NCBI GenBank assembly: GCA_051530055.1
Contig: CM121341.1
Span: forward strand, 7,170,784-7,234,783
Direction of reading: 5' to 3'
DNA from: Neoechinorhynchus agilis
Lineage: Eukaryota; Animalia; Acanthocephala
DNA length: 64,000 bases
Part shown: positions 48,557 to 61,865 of the stretch, in pieces
How the letters are laid out: each line of letters opens with the position of its first letter
Numbering within the stretch: the first letter of the stretch is position 1
Notes under the pieces: generated by a model
Told to the model about the DNA's origin: nothing
Database searches by the model: none
What the model saw: the letters and a program-made list of their open reading frames with translations, nothing else
Translations under genes and position numbers: made by a program

Positions 48557-51500
48557 CATTTATTTTCATTTCGCTTTTTCCGACTTTAGATTTCTAAGGT
48601 CCAATAAATCGCTATAGAAGCTTTTATTGTAGGATCTCAAGGCTCCATATTTTTCGCTTTTAAATGTCATTTGAATGATTTTTCATTTAAAAATAAGTTG
48701 AGAAATTTAAAATGGTTCTGTTCGATTCAATGCTTATGCAGAATTTCCTGAGTGTTAAAGTGCCACAATTATCGTTGATCAAAAAGTGGAGATTTTAGTT
48801 TTGATTCTCGTTTTTGTTAGCTCTCTGAAAAGTCAATATTCCATTGGAATAGTTTGTGCCATTTTGTTTTAAATTCTTTTTTTTGACTTTATGGGCCAAA
48901 GCGATTTCTTGAAACTCTACTTGATATTATACTTCTTTTCCTTCATAATGTTCAGTTTTTGCATTATATTTACATTTTAAGTCTCTTGCTTTTCTTCGAA
49001 TGCGAACTTCATCATACGGATTAATTGGGTTGTGGCGAAAGCCATGCCATACATTTCTGATCTTACAAAAATCCTTTGTATATTTATCAATATCCTTCGC
49101 TTTTTTCATTATCTCATCGAAAATTGCCTACCTTTATTAGGAATCAATTCAATCTTTTCGATCGGAACTTTAACGTTTTCGCTTTCCTTGTGCTAAACGC
49201 GAAACGCATTTGTTGGCAATTATTCAATTTACCCGATAATTTTTAATTCGTCCGCGATGCCCTTCGGCGACTCAAACTTTATTTTTAATAATGATCAGAG
49301 AATTTATAAGAGATAAACTGACAGTGTGATTTCATGAAAAAGGGTTATAGTACCGTGTTTAGTTGAAGGAAAGAAGATCCGCTAAATTGGCGAATAGGGC
49401 ACCAAAAAAGAGAAATACAAATATCTCTATCCCTAGCCATTGATACAATTGGTGCCGTCTCACCAAGCAGTGCAGAATTTTAATCAATGTTTTTGAAAAT
49501 TGTTAGTCGCAATTATGAGAAAATCAGTTATGCGATTGGTTCGCACCTCACAACCTAATAGAAATCATCGTTGTCACTAGGTCATTCCCAAGTCCGGATG
49601 GGAAGTGAAAAACAGAAAAGATCTCAACGATTGATTTGTCGGAGTCGGAAAGGCTCCTTACGGCAGAGAAACCGGATGGATGCATGAGCTGGCTTTAAAA
49701 GTGACGTCCGATTCATGTTCGTCTTCAGCTGAGGTTCCACGTGGAGGAAATCAGAATTGAAGTTTTCTCGTGACTGGTTTCCGCAATCAGTTATTTTGTT
49801 CGAGCGGAGTCGCCATTCTTTTAAAAAAAGAAGCACATCCTTCGGTCACGAAGAGTGCCGCATGCTCGAAGCAATGGAGGATAAAGATGTTTCCCGTTCC
49901 CATCTTAACGTTTAATCTGGATTATATATAACAATTAAAAGAGGTTAAATCATGTTAACTTCTGTGCCATATTAAGCAAAGTTTTATGACTGGAGATGGA
50001 GGCGAATGAACTCTTCAGCCAACTCGATTGTCTAAAGTGTCTTTGGGCTTAGAATAATAATACAAAAACGACGTTAAAGTACTTTAGAACAAAAAAAACG
50101 GAAGTAGATATTAAAGTCTATATTGAATGCTAGTGAAATTTCATTGAGATGTGAGTAAAGATTACTAAGGCAAAAGCGATTTGTGCTAACAAATCACCTT
50201 TAACATATTTTCCTCTTTTTAATTGATTCCATCCTCTACGACCAATATCGTAGTAGATGTTTGTTCAATTGACTTTTCGCTTGATGGTGCGTGATACCGT
50301 TTCTTATAAATAAAAAAATAAGTGTAGCGTTTCATTTCAAACCCCTTTGTGGTTTCGTGGCTCCCGGGAATGATGGTGAACTAATTTCTTTAAATTAGTT
50401 AACTAAATACGAGCAAACTGCAATTAGTTTTCATCTACATGGACATACTCTAAAATTATTGTTAAAATTTTATCTAATTATCAAATATTCTAATCTTTTT
50501 GCGAACAAGTTTTCTAACCTGTTGCCTTTCCTAATTGGTAATAACAATACATACTCCAAAACCAATTTTCCAATTATCATTCTATGTTATCCAAACTCAT
50601 CCGAACACTTGCATCAACGAACACTTTAATTAAATTATAAATAGAATTTCAACACTTCTTCATTTTCCTAAAGTTCACGATTCATATTCGGTTATGGGAT
50701 TCGCATAATGATTCATACCGTCAACTCACCGTGCTCACAAACGGAAGTAATGAATAGTCCCGATGTCTTTTACGACTATCGTCGAGCCGTTTTTCTTCAA
50801 ACAGCCGTTCAAGCGTAAAAATCTTTATAAGATTGTTAACCTCATAACGGTTTAATGCGCTTCTTAAAAAGTCATCCGGCTTGACCATTACGAATTCTTC
50901 GCCCCCAAAGTATTATCTTACTCATTTTATCGTTTATCTCTCCTTTGTCTTAGCCATGAAACGATAAAAATAGCGCTTTTAGTCCCGAGACGGAACAAAC
51001 GAAAATATCCTTGTCACCTCGAGAGTCACGTGTGTGCCGTCTATTGAGTATGACTGATCCTTTTCCGCAAAATTAACTGAGTTTTAAGATCAAAAAGGTG
51101 CATTGAAGATAAAACGGATTTAGACCTTAGTCTCCACACTTCGAACACTGGACGATTGAACTAGAGAAACAAACGATCCATGCTGCATTGCTATTTGAAG
51201 CATATTGTAATGGTTGAACTGATAAGCTGCGATCTTTGAGCGGATTATCAGCCTTTTCGCGTTTGTCACTTGTTTACCCGTCTAAACAACATATTAGATG
51301 GATACTTACACTTGTCAAGATTCTCACATCGCTCTAGACTTAGATATCTTGTTTCTTGTGCTTAATGACAAGCACGTAGGAGGTTGATTGGTTGAGATTG
51401 GGCTTTGAGTGGAGCCCAGATTTCATTAACTCCATATATCTATTTTCTCCTCCTTGTCTGTGTATTTGTTTTTACTAAATTAAAATATCTCGAATAGAAC

Positions 51501-52190
51501 AAATTATACGAAAAATACACTTTAAAGAGGCTTTTATTTATAGTCAAAGGTGCTCACAGCAATTTTTTGATACTCCATTAACTCATCAATGATATCTGCT
51601 GTGTTGGATTATTATCTTCGGAGAAGAGATAGTCGTCGTGTTAGTTTTACCACCCTGGATGTAAAAATTCACTGATTTATTTCCTGTTAATATTTTGGTT
51701 TATATGCAAAATGATCATCTTGTCCAGATTATGCAAATTCCGCCTAAAGCTTAAATGAATTTTATTATCCACAAATCATATCGCAAAGCAATTTTTCGAC
51801 CCAGCAAGTGATCTACAGCCCTCGGATGACGGAGACGACGGTTCTCTAACGATGAGTTTTCTGATGCTACCATTGTTCGATATTTGATCATAATGGAAGT
51901 CATCGATATAGGGTAAATTTAAAATTGTCATTCAAAAAACAGTGATGCTCTAGCTCAGAGATTCTAGTGGACAACGAGTCTAGGAACAGAGGTTTGACGA
52001 ATCTGTTGGCCGATAATCTCAAGTCTACAGGATAACACTATGATATTTGTATTTTAGATGATAAACCTTGGAGAAATATCGTTATTATCCGGTGTGAAAT
52101 ATCGGAAAAAGATCAATGAATTTAAATGTTGGGGTTCCAAAACTAAGAAAAAGAAAGTATAAGATGTGTTTTTCGTTGGCTCAAACTTAC

Positions 52191-52294
52191 CTTTCTTCGT
52201 TTGACGTGAGCGCTGTCGTGCAGAGTTTTGGTACGAAACGATCAGTTTTCCATCTAGGGTTCAGCTGATACGTTTCTACGGTGAAACTAGCCAT
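52191..52294 (-). CDS. Possible first coding exon of an unidentified spliced gene
   Basis: ATG GCT AGT TTC... open for 34 codons and ending at a consensus AG/GTAAGT donor; downstream exons could not be joined convincingly. Confidence 0.3.
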
Positions 52295-53529
52295 TTTATG
52301 CATTCTTATTTTTAGATATATTCTCTACATAAATTCAAATGTCTCTTGAGTTCGCCACTAGACCGAGGAATAACTCCAATCCGAAAACGAGGCGAATGCC
52401 AGAAATCCATGGAAAGCGCGACTTAAAGGTTAGTAGATGTTTGCCGAAGCTACATTTCTTTTAAACAAAATAATTGTACGATAAATTAAGGCTTTAAATT
52501 CTATACAACGAGCCAAGAGCCATTCTAATTTAAGAATTTGAATTTCTAAATCTCTTAGCGGATTAAAAAACCTTGGCGCTTTCTTTTCAGAAAATCAAAT
52601 GCTTACCGGTTTAAAATCTATTCTATCCTCCCGTTGTTTTGCGTCCACGTTTTTATCCATTGAGCCAGGTCACTTTTAATTGGACCAAAATATTTTTTAT
52701 AGACATTTCTCCGATCTATTTTCCTTGATGGATTCCTTTCTTTTATTATACTAGCAGCGAATTTTCGCAGTCTGGTGGGAAATATGCTGAATGACTTATT
52801 CTTGAAAGAGTCTAGTGCGTAAATCAATTCCATGCAAAGTTCTGCCATTTAAGAACAAGTAAAGAACCATCGTTCATTTCTAAGATAAGGACATTCCCTT
52901 CGCAAATAGAAAATTGTCAATCTTAAGAGCATTTCAATTAGACATCCGAAAAAAGGAAGCTTCTATGTTTCCGGTTTTAAGCGTCGATGAGTCCAAAGAT
53001 GCGGAAAATTATCCTTTGTCATAAAATTCAATGATATTCACCAATTTCGAGATTGTAATGATTCAGACAGATGCTTGTACGATCCTATTGTGCACGATCC
53101 ACTTCATTGAGCGCTAGTATTTAAATTTAGTATCTCGCCTCAAGGAACAAAGCCTATGGAAAACGAATTCCGCATTTGCACATAGAGTACCTCTTTGAGT
53201 CATTGCGCTGCGTTCTTCATCCAATTTCCGTGCAATGAACGCTAGATATCCACAAATTTTCTTAAAGGTTAGTTCGAGGCGAAAACCTTCTCGAATGTTT
53301 CATACCTTGAGGGCCATATTCAAACTTATGCCTACGCTCAGTCATAGATACTCCGAAGAGTTCGAACCCTTTTTATTTATGTTACAATGCACTATAATAC
53401 TTTTTCATCGGTTTTCCTTTATCTAAACTTCCCATGTAACCATTTTGATACTGAGATGAAAATTGAAAGTAAACAATTCGTATTTTTATTTACTTTCTCA
53501 TAAAGTACACATTTTGAATGATGATGAAT

Positions 53530-53670
53530 ATAATCCCAGTTCAAGATTCCTTTATTATGAAATATTTCGAAAGAGGAAACCTTACCTTAGCACTTTAACA
53601 ATGACTGATGGGGTGAGGTTTCCTCTTTCGAAATATTTCATAATAAAGGAATCTTGAACTGAGGGATTAT
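53530..53670. mobile_element. MITE-like foldback element
   Basis: ~46-nt perfect inverted repeat CAGTTCAAGATTCCTTTATTATGAAATATTTCGAAAGAGGAAACCT, extending to ATAATCCC/GGGATTAT. Confidence 0.75.
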
Positions 53671-54397
53671 GTTCAAAAACCATTCAATTTTTACCATCCC
53701 GAAGGATCTTCTTGATATGATTAACACTTGAAATTGTTGTTGTGCCGAAATGTGGATTTGTTCGGGTTTAATACATAATCCATAGCAAGAACCAATGTTG
53801 ACCTTATCTATTCGGCTGATATTTTCTTAGCTTCCCCCTCAATTGAGAACTTTATTAATATCTCAATATTGTTTGCTCTTGAAATCTTACAGTTAATTTA
53901 ACTACATGGGTTTAATTTCGGTTTCGTTTCTTGTGTCTCCCATTTTAGTGCCTTTGAAATACAATATTTAGTCTTGCTTTTAATTCGATTAATGTTACTT
54001 TTCAGCATTATAAAGGAGGGTTATCGCCATAGATTTACGAGAATAGGAGTTTCCTTTGATGATATTACAATACACTATTATATGAACAAATGAAACGAAA
54101 AAAAACGGCGTAAAATCGATGCTATTGAAGTGCACACAAAAACAATTATAATTAATAAAATCATTGCACTCACTTCAAAAATCACAAAACTCGACCTTGT
54201 CTCAAAGCTCCAAAACGCCTTGAAAATTATCGCCCCGGATTCCGTGGCGTAAATTTATTGAATCAAATTACGGCCGCCATTTGTATTTTGCTTTCCATTA
54301 GTCTAAGTGCTTTTTCGTTTACATTAAGGTTCCTTCAATTTAGGGTACTTGGGTACGATTTACTCACAGCGTTCGATCTCACTGTAGCTTTCGAACA

Positions 54398-56184
54398 ATG
54401 AGATTCTATCTTGCCGAACCACAAGTCTTCTTAACAATCGGATCAATAATGATGCAGGTTTTTTGCTTCAAGTCCATCTTGTTTAAGTTTGCATGTCGAT
54501 ATGAGTTCAATGCGACTCAATGTAGCACGATGAACCGAACTGATCCTACCGACGAGGTCGTGCTAAATACTCAGAGTCGTTCAAGTACTTGGACAATGAT
54601 GGCTGATGCTACATTTGGGCTCAGTAGTATAGTCGCATCTAGCATTTTTGGAAGTCTAAGCGACGGAGTGGTCAATAAAAGGAACTTGCTAGTTTTCCTT
54701 AGTCTTGGAGCAACTATTGGTGGATCTATTTTGATTGGAGTTGCATCTCAAAAGACGCCAAGCATTATGATGCCTGTTGGACTTACTCTCTTTCAACTAA
54801 TCTCCGGTTTCATCGCAAGTTCGTTCGTTCTTATATCCACTGCTAACGGATATCTCAGTGCAGTCACTGCTAAGACGGATCGAGCAATTCGTTTTTCATG
54901 TCTTGAACTTTCCTTTTTTATCGGGCAAGCGCTCGCAAGCACTCTTGCTGGCGTTCTGACCGAAAAGATAGAATCTCGTGTGGCGCTGGCTGTTGCTTGC
55001 TCATCAAGTTTGTTGGGAATGTTTTATGCCATGTTACAGAATCGCGATTCCCGAAGTTACCGATTAAAATAGTTTTTCGTTTGCATCCTTTAAAATGAGT
55101 ATTTTGAACATTTTTCTTCTCATATCTAGATTCAAACAAAGAAACACTTCAAAAATTGTTTTCTGAAACAACTGTCAAAATTCAGAAATGTACAGCTTAA
55201 GGGTCGATTGTATTTCTTAAGATCAAGCTAAAAATTAGAAACAATTATCCGTTATCTTTAAAAGTGAATCGCGATTAGCATTTATGAGGAAATCACCAAC
55301 TACATTGAACAACGGTCTTCGTACACAGAGTGCCATGGCTAAGATTAGGGTAAGACTAATCGAAACTTACAGGATTTTGTTCGACACTTCGGATGCTAAC
55401 GGTCACTATGTCGTTTTGTGTTTGGTGATTGTTTATTTTTTTGCCTCAGTTGGATTTTGGAGCAGTACGATGTTTACTTACCTATACCTCAAACTGCCTC
55501 CACTTAACTTAAATGACAGCGAAATCGGTATTTTTAAAGGTGTTAACAGTGCTGCTAACGGCGCTGGACTCATCATAATTCTACCCATATTAAAAGTATG
55601 GTTTAACATAAAAGATTCCATGCTTATGTTGCTTGGATTCTGCAGCGCTTGTGTATATCTCACAATGATATGTTTCATAAAATCAAGATCATGGATTTTC
55701 GCTGGTAATTTTACAAAGGAGAAAATCCTATTTGTTAATAATTCTCTTTAAGCATGTCTATTCTCACTTGGTACCACATTGGACGCTCCCAGTATTCGGT
55801 CATTAATATCGCGACAAGTTCAGATGGACCAGGAAGGTTTGTTTTTTTTATTTCCCAACTAAATATCTGCCCGTAAATATTGAAGGTAGAGCGATCGGAC
55901 TCGTGAGCTCGGCACAATCCCTTGCATACTTTGTATCTGTTTTATTCATGCCACCTTTGTACAAATGGTCTATAAAAACGCCACTCCCTGGACTAATATT
56001 CATAGTCGGCGCTGTGCTGAATCTAATAGCTATTGTTATTATTGGGTAAATCGTTTACTTCAATCAATGCATAAACTGAAACATTCTTAATTGTAGTGTT
56101 TGCATCAAGACGGGAATAATTGTCGAAGAAGAGGAACGGAGAAACGAAGTACATCCCGGCCATAACACCGTCAGTTCCAGTTGA
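54398..56184 (+). CDS. MFS transporter of the SLC46 (PCFT/HCP1-like) family, multi-exon
   Basis: AEPQVFL, FGSLSD...KR, Y.S.VT....RA.RF..LE, YLYLK..P, PSIRSLISRQV...QEG. The 3' exons join through short GT-AG introns (e.g. 55705-55752) to TGA at 56182-56184; the exon structure at 55050-55240 is uncertain. Confidence 0.82.
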
Positions 56185-59100
56185 ATGATTGGCCTCGTGT
56201 AAAATCAATAAAGATGAATGCACGATCTAACCGATCACATACACACATAAAAATAACTTAGTACTTTCCTCAATCTCTTTTAGTTACACCTTCACATGAT
56301 GCTCTAACATTTCTTATACATTCTACAAATTATTCATAAAAAAACGATTGTTATTTCAAGACAAAAGCTACCGAAGAAGTGACATTATTTTTTCTAGATG
56401 ATCACTTATCCTTGGGATCCGCGAAATGTGATTCACAAACTAGTCAAAGTATTTTCTGAATAGTGGGAATTTTTTTTTGCGATGTGTATGTTCGAAGTAT
56501 AAGTGCCCGATAATTTTCTTTATGAGCCATGCAGGATGAAATGGCACTACGATCCTACTAATGGGTACATTGGGGTTAATGGCGTTGTTTTTCCTTATCA
56601 AGAAATTCTACTGATCTTGTACTACTGGTTCATAAATGCCTTTATCTTACTTTCTACGGAATCTGTGTTTTTAGGCTGAAAAAGCATTTGATCCTAAGAG
56701 AGAAAATTCTTACAAAGTCCGATAATAAAACCCGATATGACCGATTCGTAGTATTTGCCGTTGTAACTAAATTAAATTTGGCTTCTGTCACAGAACTGCC
56801 AAAGTACTTGTCGTACTTTCACCGTAGACCGCCAGACTTTAGGAAAATAAGAAGTCGATTGAGTCTCCTGTTGGTTTCCTTAGTCGTTGTCTACTCGAAA
56901 GCAACTAAAGACGTGATACAAATTCTTTACGGTCCTGAATGCTTTAGGCGAGAGTTCAGCAACCATAGTGCGATTGATTTGGTTAATCTCTATATGATTT
57001 TTAAAGATTTTGTTTTCTAAATTTCTTCTAATACACATATTGCTGAAGCATGGTTAACTTATTTTTGAAAAAGTAGTCTTAGATGTTTAGTAGGTTTTTG
57101 TATAAGAACAAGCCCTGCTCCATTGGTTCAAGAGGAAATGCTTTAGTTCGTTTATTTTGTGCTTGTGGTAAATGTGGCAGTTTTTAAAAGTCTTCACTAA
57201 ACCACGCGGGGATTCGTCTTTAAAAACTAAATTCAAAACCACTTTACAGCTTAAGGCGATTGAAACCAAAATCCTGATCACAATAAATTCACTTGTAAAG
57301 CCCAAAGATTGACGTCTTTTTTGAGTATTTTGCAACTCCAAAATGTGTGAAAATGCTTTTGAATATTGAATAATAGAAAGTTTTTCGAAAAAAAATCCCT
57401 CCAGTTATTCCACACGCTTCCGTAACCCAAATCGCAATTATTCAAATTGCTTTAATTTCCGGAAATCAGACAAAAACACACGATTTATATTGGTTATTTT
57501 CACGAATGGTCGAGCAAAGAATATCCCAAATCTAGTATTTTGAATGCACATTAAGAGCATCTGCTTGCAGAGCCGTTACATAACTCAGCCAACTAGCTTA
57601 AAAGCCACAAAGGTACACTGCACCTTAAACATGTATCCTATTGCAAAGATCTACGAATCCTAGATTCAAAAAAAGCCCCGTATTTTGTTTAGAACTAAGG
57701 TTGTGAATAATTTATGGAAGCGTCTCGAATATCCTCTTTTTTTACTAATCACCGTCGTATATCATCGACGAGTATAGAAGGCAACAGTGCCTATAAAAAG
57801 AAGTGACAATAATCGCTTTAAAACGCCCATTACGATCCATTCTTTATTTGAAAAAGATTATGCTTCTCAGTAGCATTTTTCTGTATGCAACCAAGCAGCG
57901 TTCGCTTTTGCTCCGTGGCGTCTATCGTTTTCGGAGCTTTCCACGTGATATCAAGACAGATAGGCTGTCAGTGAATGTGTAGCGGAAGCACATTAAAGAT
58001 TGCCTACCACACACACACGTCCTCATCATACCCGGCTTCTTCAGCCAAAATTTTTGATATCACAAGTAGGTTGCTCCTTTCCAACTTCAAAACCAATTTG
58101 TTCTATTAATTTAACCTTATTTCTTCGTTTGAAGTGGTGAGGCCTTTTCCACGGAAGCCCATAATACCCCGAACCATACGGTTGCGAGTATCGTATCCGG
58201 ACTTATTAGTGAGTTTTCTACTCCCTTCAACGGTTGGTTAACCAGAATTACAAAAATAACCTTTTTTTCTCTCTCAAAACTAATATTTTTTCTAGACATG
58301 TAACGCACTCAGCCAATAGGAGTAAAGGTTACGTTTTTCCCCTGAAAATACCTTTAAAAACATCATTATTTGTATCATGTGGTCATATCTTTTCTTTATC
58401 ATTCTCATAATCACTAAACATATTCTTGATATCCGAAATTTGATGTCTTATGCACTCGTGTCAACTATAACTCCATTCACACCAAAACGAACCAGAACTT
58501 TTTGTTTATGCCATCTTGTCTCGCCCATATCACAGTAATGCTGAAATTCAAGGTTTTTCTCTTGAGATGGCGCAATGTCTGACTATAGGTTTTTCTTAGA
58601 TCTCGTTTTTTTGTGCCTAAAGTGATCGATGGGGTTCGTTGATGAGCTGACCGTTTTCAAAGCAATCCAAATGTCATACCGAATTTTCGCACCAGTGGCT
58701 TCTCTACTAGTCTAATAGTCTGATCGTTTCAGTCTCGTCCCAAAATACTGCTAAATGAATCAGCTTTGTTTGAGTGATTAGTTAATGACACTCGGTATTT
58801 TCATGCTTGGAATATCGTAGGAGCTTTCTAAGAAGGAAAAGTATGCGAGTTTGATGAGAAGAGCAAATATGGAGAAATTAACAGACGACTTGTCAAGAGC
58901 TTTTCTAGATTCCCACTATCGGAATCTAGCGACAATGAACGTTCATTCACATCTACTTTTTTTCGAGAATCACGCGGAAACACGCCATTTACATTCTTGA
59001 CGATAATTATAGGTCTTTTTTGGTATACACGTGAAGAACACCTTTCCGTTTTCCCATTTCGACTGAGGAGTAACTAATATTACTTCTATAATCCTATTTA

Positions 59101-59470
59101 AAAGCTCATAGAGTTACCAACTCCGATGCTGAAAAATTGCGTGCATTGCGTTAAGAGTCGCAAAAACAGTGCCATATTCCACTGAGGAAAAAACGCAAGA
59201 GAGCTGAGCATCGTTGCTCGTATCTGATTTCCCTCTTTCCCACTAGCTGACAGTCAGATATATTTTGGTACACAAAAATAGCTTTTCTTGGGACAAAGGT
59301 TGTTTAGGCATTTGGCGTTTAACCATTATTCACTCCTTTGACTGAAGAATTATCTTCTCGAAACGAGTATAAGCGAATTCAGTAACGTGAGAGAGATAGT
59401 GGAAATGTTCAATTAGTCTTAAATTCCACTTACCCGTCCTCGCTATTTAGGATATAGAGGCAGCTAAGAA

Positions 59471-59914
59471 ATGAACAAGATCGTACCTTACAATCCAAAT
59501 CGACCGCGATCACCTCCATATTATCCACCGTCGAATCAATCAGTTCCAAACGATCTACGAATTGTGCGCAGTCGCGATGAACGAGGCTATGAAACGTTCG
59601 AAATAGATATTGGAGAATATGACCAGCGTGATATATCTGTTCAAGTTCACTCCGATAACCATTTAGTCGTCCACGCTGTACATTACTATAATTATTTGGA
59701 TAAGTTTAACTATGTCCGAAGGGAACTCCTTCGAACATTTCAACTTCCTCCAAATGCGGATCAAGAGTATATAAGCTCGAATTTGAGTCCAAATGGAATC
59801 TTAACTGTTCATGTGCCCATACGAAGACCAGTTCCTCCATACGAACCCCAACCAATGGACGCGATGGTAGTTCCGTTTCGACAAAATACACGAGCTCATG
59901 ATTTGAATTTTTGA
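59471..59914 (+). CDS. Small heat-shock protein (alpha-crystallin domain) 1
   Basis: FEIDIGEYDQRDISVQV...LVVHA...RELLRTFQLPPNAD...SSNLSPNGILTVHVP. Confidence 0.9.
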   Translation: MNKIVPYNPNRPRSPPYYPPSNQSVPNDLRIVRSRDERGYETFEIDIGEYDQRDISVQVHSDNHLVVHAVHYYNYLDKFNYVRRELLRTFQLPPNADQEYISSNLSPNGILTVHVPIRRPVPPYEPQPMDAMVVPFRQNTRAHDLNF

Positions 59915-60048
59915 AACTCTTTTTGCGAAACAAATCTTGAGTTGATAAAACAACTCAGCGTGAACATATCGACAGAAACAATTTTAGTAACCAAGTTTCA
60001 AGTTCAGTTGTCGATATAGTCGAGCCTCGTTCGACTCGCCGCTCATCG

Positions 60049-60450
60049 ATGTTGAACCGATTTATGCCCAATTTCAAACAGCAGGATAGATGTCGCGCAT
60101 CGTCTGGATCACGAATGTTGAACTCAAGACGCAACAGAATGTCCGTACATGATTTTTTGGATTCACCTCTAAAACCCGAATATTCTAAACGAAATCATTC
60201 CCTTATTGTCAGACTTGATCTTCGAGGATACAAAGCTCAGGATATAGCGATCAAGGTTGATGATTATCTGATGACGGTTAGCGCTCAATGTCGCTCTGAT
60301 GAAGACAATCGACGATATGAATCTCGAAAAAAAATTCAGACCTATGAGAAACAGTTTAGATTACCGGACGAAACAGATATTCGAAAGATAAAGTCCGAGC
60401 TGAATGCGAGAGGTGTTCTTGTAATTGAAATTCCATTGCAAAACTTCTAA
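60049..60450 (+). CDS. Small heat-shock protein (alpha-crystallin domain) 2
   Basis: VRLDLRGYKAQDIAIKV...TVSA...YEKQFRLPDETD...IKSELNARGVLVIEIP; the frame is open from 59941. Confidence 0.88.
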   Translation: MLNRFMPNFKQQDRCRASSGSRMLNSRRNRMSVHDFLDSPLKPEYSKRNHSLIVRLDLRGYKAQDIAIKVDDYLMTVSAQCRSDEDNRRYESRKKIQTYEKQFRLPDETDIRKIKSELNARGVLVIEIPLQNF

Positions 60451-60804
60451 AGACGGAGGACCGTGTTGTAAAGTCCCAATCTTATTGAGCGCGAGTGATT
60501 GATTTTTGTTTGCCTAGAGCGAGCAATGCATTGAAATGTTATTGGTTTCATTTTAAATATTGATTTTAACTTTTTCTGCATATGTGAATAAAGCAATTGC
60601 GATTAACATCGGCAATTCGAATCAGCCGGTAATAAATCTTTAAAAAGGTTGAACATCCAGCTTCGACAATCGATTTTTGTGGTTGTGCGTTCGAAAACTA
60701 TTAGCGATTTCCTTCACATAAAGTAAAAAATGATCTTTAATTCCACTAAAAGTTTGTTGGAAGGGGGAAGCTGTGAACGGTCTTTCCAGCTTATCCTGTG
60801 CGGA

Positions 60805-60891
60805 TGTTCCGGCCGGGAATCGAACCCGGATCTCGATGTAAATGCGCTTTTCCGCGTAAATACTCCGTGCTTTCCTCTTAGCTACCGGAAC
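60805..60891 (-). tRNA. tRNA-like gene with elongated anticodon arm/intron (Val-TAC or Lys-TTT register), copy 1
   Basis: GTTCCGG/CCGGAAC-A 7-bp acceptor, CCGGG-TTCGATT-CCCGG T arm, GCT/AGC D stem, A box TAGCTAAGAGG, B box GGTTCGATTCC. Confidence 0.6.
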
Positions 60892-61290
60892 CCGTTATTA
60901 ATGCCAAAAACAGCTATGTAAATACATTTAAAAACTAAACACATAATTTTTACAAGTTTAAATTGTTTTTCAAAAAACAGTCCTATCGATAACAAGCCTG
61001 CATAGAGCGAGCAACGCATTGAAATGTTGCTGGTTTCATTTCAAATATTGATTTTAACTTTTTCTGCATATGTGAATAAAGCAGAATTGTGATTAAGATT
61101 TCACAATTCGAATCAGCCGTAATAAATCTTTAAAAAGAACATCCAGCTTCGACAATCGATTTTTGATGTTGTGCGTTCGAAAACTATTAGCGATTTCCTT
61201 CACATAAAGTAAAAAATGATCTTTAATTCCACTAAAAGTTTGTTGGAAGGGGGAAGCTGTGAACGGTCTTTCCAGCTTATAATATGCGGA

Positions 61291-61377
61291 TGTTCCGGCC
61301 GGGAATCGAACCCGGATCTCGATGTAAATGCGCTTTTCCGCGTAAATACTCCGTGCTTTCCTCTTAGCTACCGGAAC
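61291..61377 (-). tRNA. tRNA-like gene, copy 2 (identical body)
   Basis: Same 87-nt sequence as copy 1. Confidence 0.6.
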
Positions 61378-61778
61378 CCGTTATTATTGCCAAAAACAGC
61401 TATGTAAATACATTTAAAAACTAAACACATAATTTTTACAAGTTTAAATTGTTTTTCAAAAAACAGTCCTATCGATAACAAGCCTGCATAGAGCGAGCAA
61501 CGCATTGAAATGTTATTGGTTTCATTTTAAATATTGATTTTAACTTTTTCTGCATATGTGAATAAAGCAATTGCGATTAACATCGGCAATTCGAATCAGC
61601 CGGTAATAAATCTTTAAAAAGGTTGAACATCCAGCTTCGACAATCGATTTTTGATGTTGTGCGTTCGAAAACTATTAGCGATTTCCTTCACATAAAGTAA
61701 AAAATGATCTTTAATTCCACTAAAAGTTTGTTGGAAGGGGGAAGCTGTGAACGGTCTTTCCAGCTTATAATATGCGGA

Positions 61779-61865
61779 TGTTCCGGCCGGGAATCGAACC
61801 CGGATCTCGATGTAAATGCGCTTTTCCGCGTAAATACTCCGTGCTTTCCTCTTAGCTACCGGAAC
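61779..61865 (-). tRNA. tRNA-like gene, copy 3 (identical body)
   Basis: Same 87-nt sequence as copy 1. Confidence 0.6.

Noticed and set aside
59361-59395. Heat-shock element upstream of the small HSP genes
   Set aside because: Only two nGAAn units are in register (TTCTCGAA); too weak to call.
60805-60891. Reading the anticodon as TTA (ochre suppressor) and invoking a variant genetic code
   Set aside because: It needs a non-standard register with C37, and recognisable genes here end normally at TAA, TAG or TGA with no in-frame stops in conserved domains.
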